The notes under the pieces were generated by a model that was given only the letters and a program-made list of their open reading frames with translations, was not told the origin of the DNA and searched no databases. DNA of 64,000 bases, from NCBI RefSeq assembly GCF_018977255.1, contig NW_024704743.1, positions 51,834,001 to 51,898,000 of the forward strand, given 5' to 3'. Of the stretch, positions 63,421 to 64,000 are shown piece after piece; positions within the stretch are counted from its first letter, which is position 1, and every line of letters begins with the position of its first letter. The translations under genes were made by a program, and so were the position numbers. This DNA comes from Callorhinchus milii. Lineage: Eukaryota.

Positions 63421-63477
63421 ACCAGACATGAAGTACATTGTGCGGAGCCAATTTACTTCCAAGAGGATTGCTATTGT

Positions 63478-63812
63478 GGGGTCCTGTAGCTTAGTGGTTA
63501 GAACACGCCTCGTAAGCAAGAGGATCTGAGCAGGGCAAAACCTGAGGCGAGTTTCCTTATTCCACATGCCTCTGTTTACCTAGCAACAAGTAGGAACCTG
63601 GTTGTTCATTGATTGGCGGATCGCATTCCGAGGGTTCAAGAAAATAATAATAATCATTTGGTCACTCAATCCACAACTGTGCTGTGCACAATTGGCTGCT
63701 GCATTTCGCCCACAAAATATACAGTCAATCTATTTTACAGTATATTCTGTGAAGTGTTTTGAGACGTCTCGAAGACTTGATAAGGCGCTATATCAAATGC
63801 AAGGTATATTAT
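63478..63812 (+). mobile_element. Full-length young-subfamily SINE
   Basis: gggtcctgtagcttagtggttagaacac head; tail gagacgtctcgaagacttgataaggcgctatatcaaatgcaagg. Confidence 0.9.
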
Positions 63813-64000
63813 CGTGATCAAATTACTGAGGAGCTGGAAAGAAGGTGAGCTGATACCAACCAACATGATTTGGGGTATAGCCAAGAATGTGTATGTGACA
63901 GGACCCCACATATGTACATTCAACCACATAACCAATAGTCCTCAGTGAGATGTAGTCAGAAGCAATCTGTTTCAGTCCACATTAGTTAATTATAATTCAA

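Noticed and set aside
1..64000. CRISPR array or prokaryotic operon suggested by recurring short motifs and many small ORFs
   Set aside because: The recurring motifs are dispersed SINE/L2 tails without regular spacing, and the sequence is vertebrate repeat-rich DNA

Overview
AT-rich, CpG-depleted vertebrate genomic DNA. The repeat set (abundant L2 LINEs with (TTG)n tails, CR1 LINE 3' ends, tRNA-derived Deu-domain SINEs with (TTA)n tails, short Penelope-type inserts) points to a cartilaginous fish, probably a chimaera; this is inference, not a database result. I recognise no host protein-coding exon, rRNA, true tRNA gene or CRISPR array. Every ORF in the track with recognisable motifs is a decayed retroelement fragment. 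The window looks like the interior of a very long intron or a gene desert. The most interesting signals are: (1) a strong 3' splice site fused to a 5' splice site (CAG|GTAAGG at 58529/58530, after an ~80-nt AG-free zone), which is a candidate recursive splice site; (2) a ~145-nt near-perfect hairpin at 46468-46612 resembling Eulor/Crypton-type ancient repeats; (3) two short Penelope-type inserts with 13- and 14-bp target-site duplications, one with a decayed hammerhead core; (4) a probable fossil of an Academ-type XPG-like nuclease at ~5400-6000; (5) an unclassified ~430-bp structured element present twice, once nested in a CR1 and once in a probable LTR integrase fossil; (6) an LF-SINE-like head, an RE1/REST-like motif inside L2, and several repeat-free blocks that may be conserved noncoding elements. 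Repeat boundaries were read by eye and are approximate.
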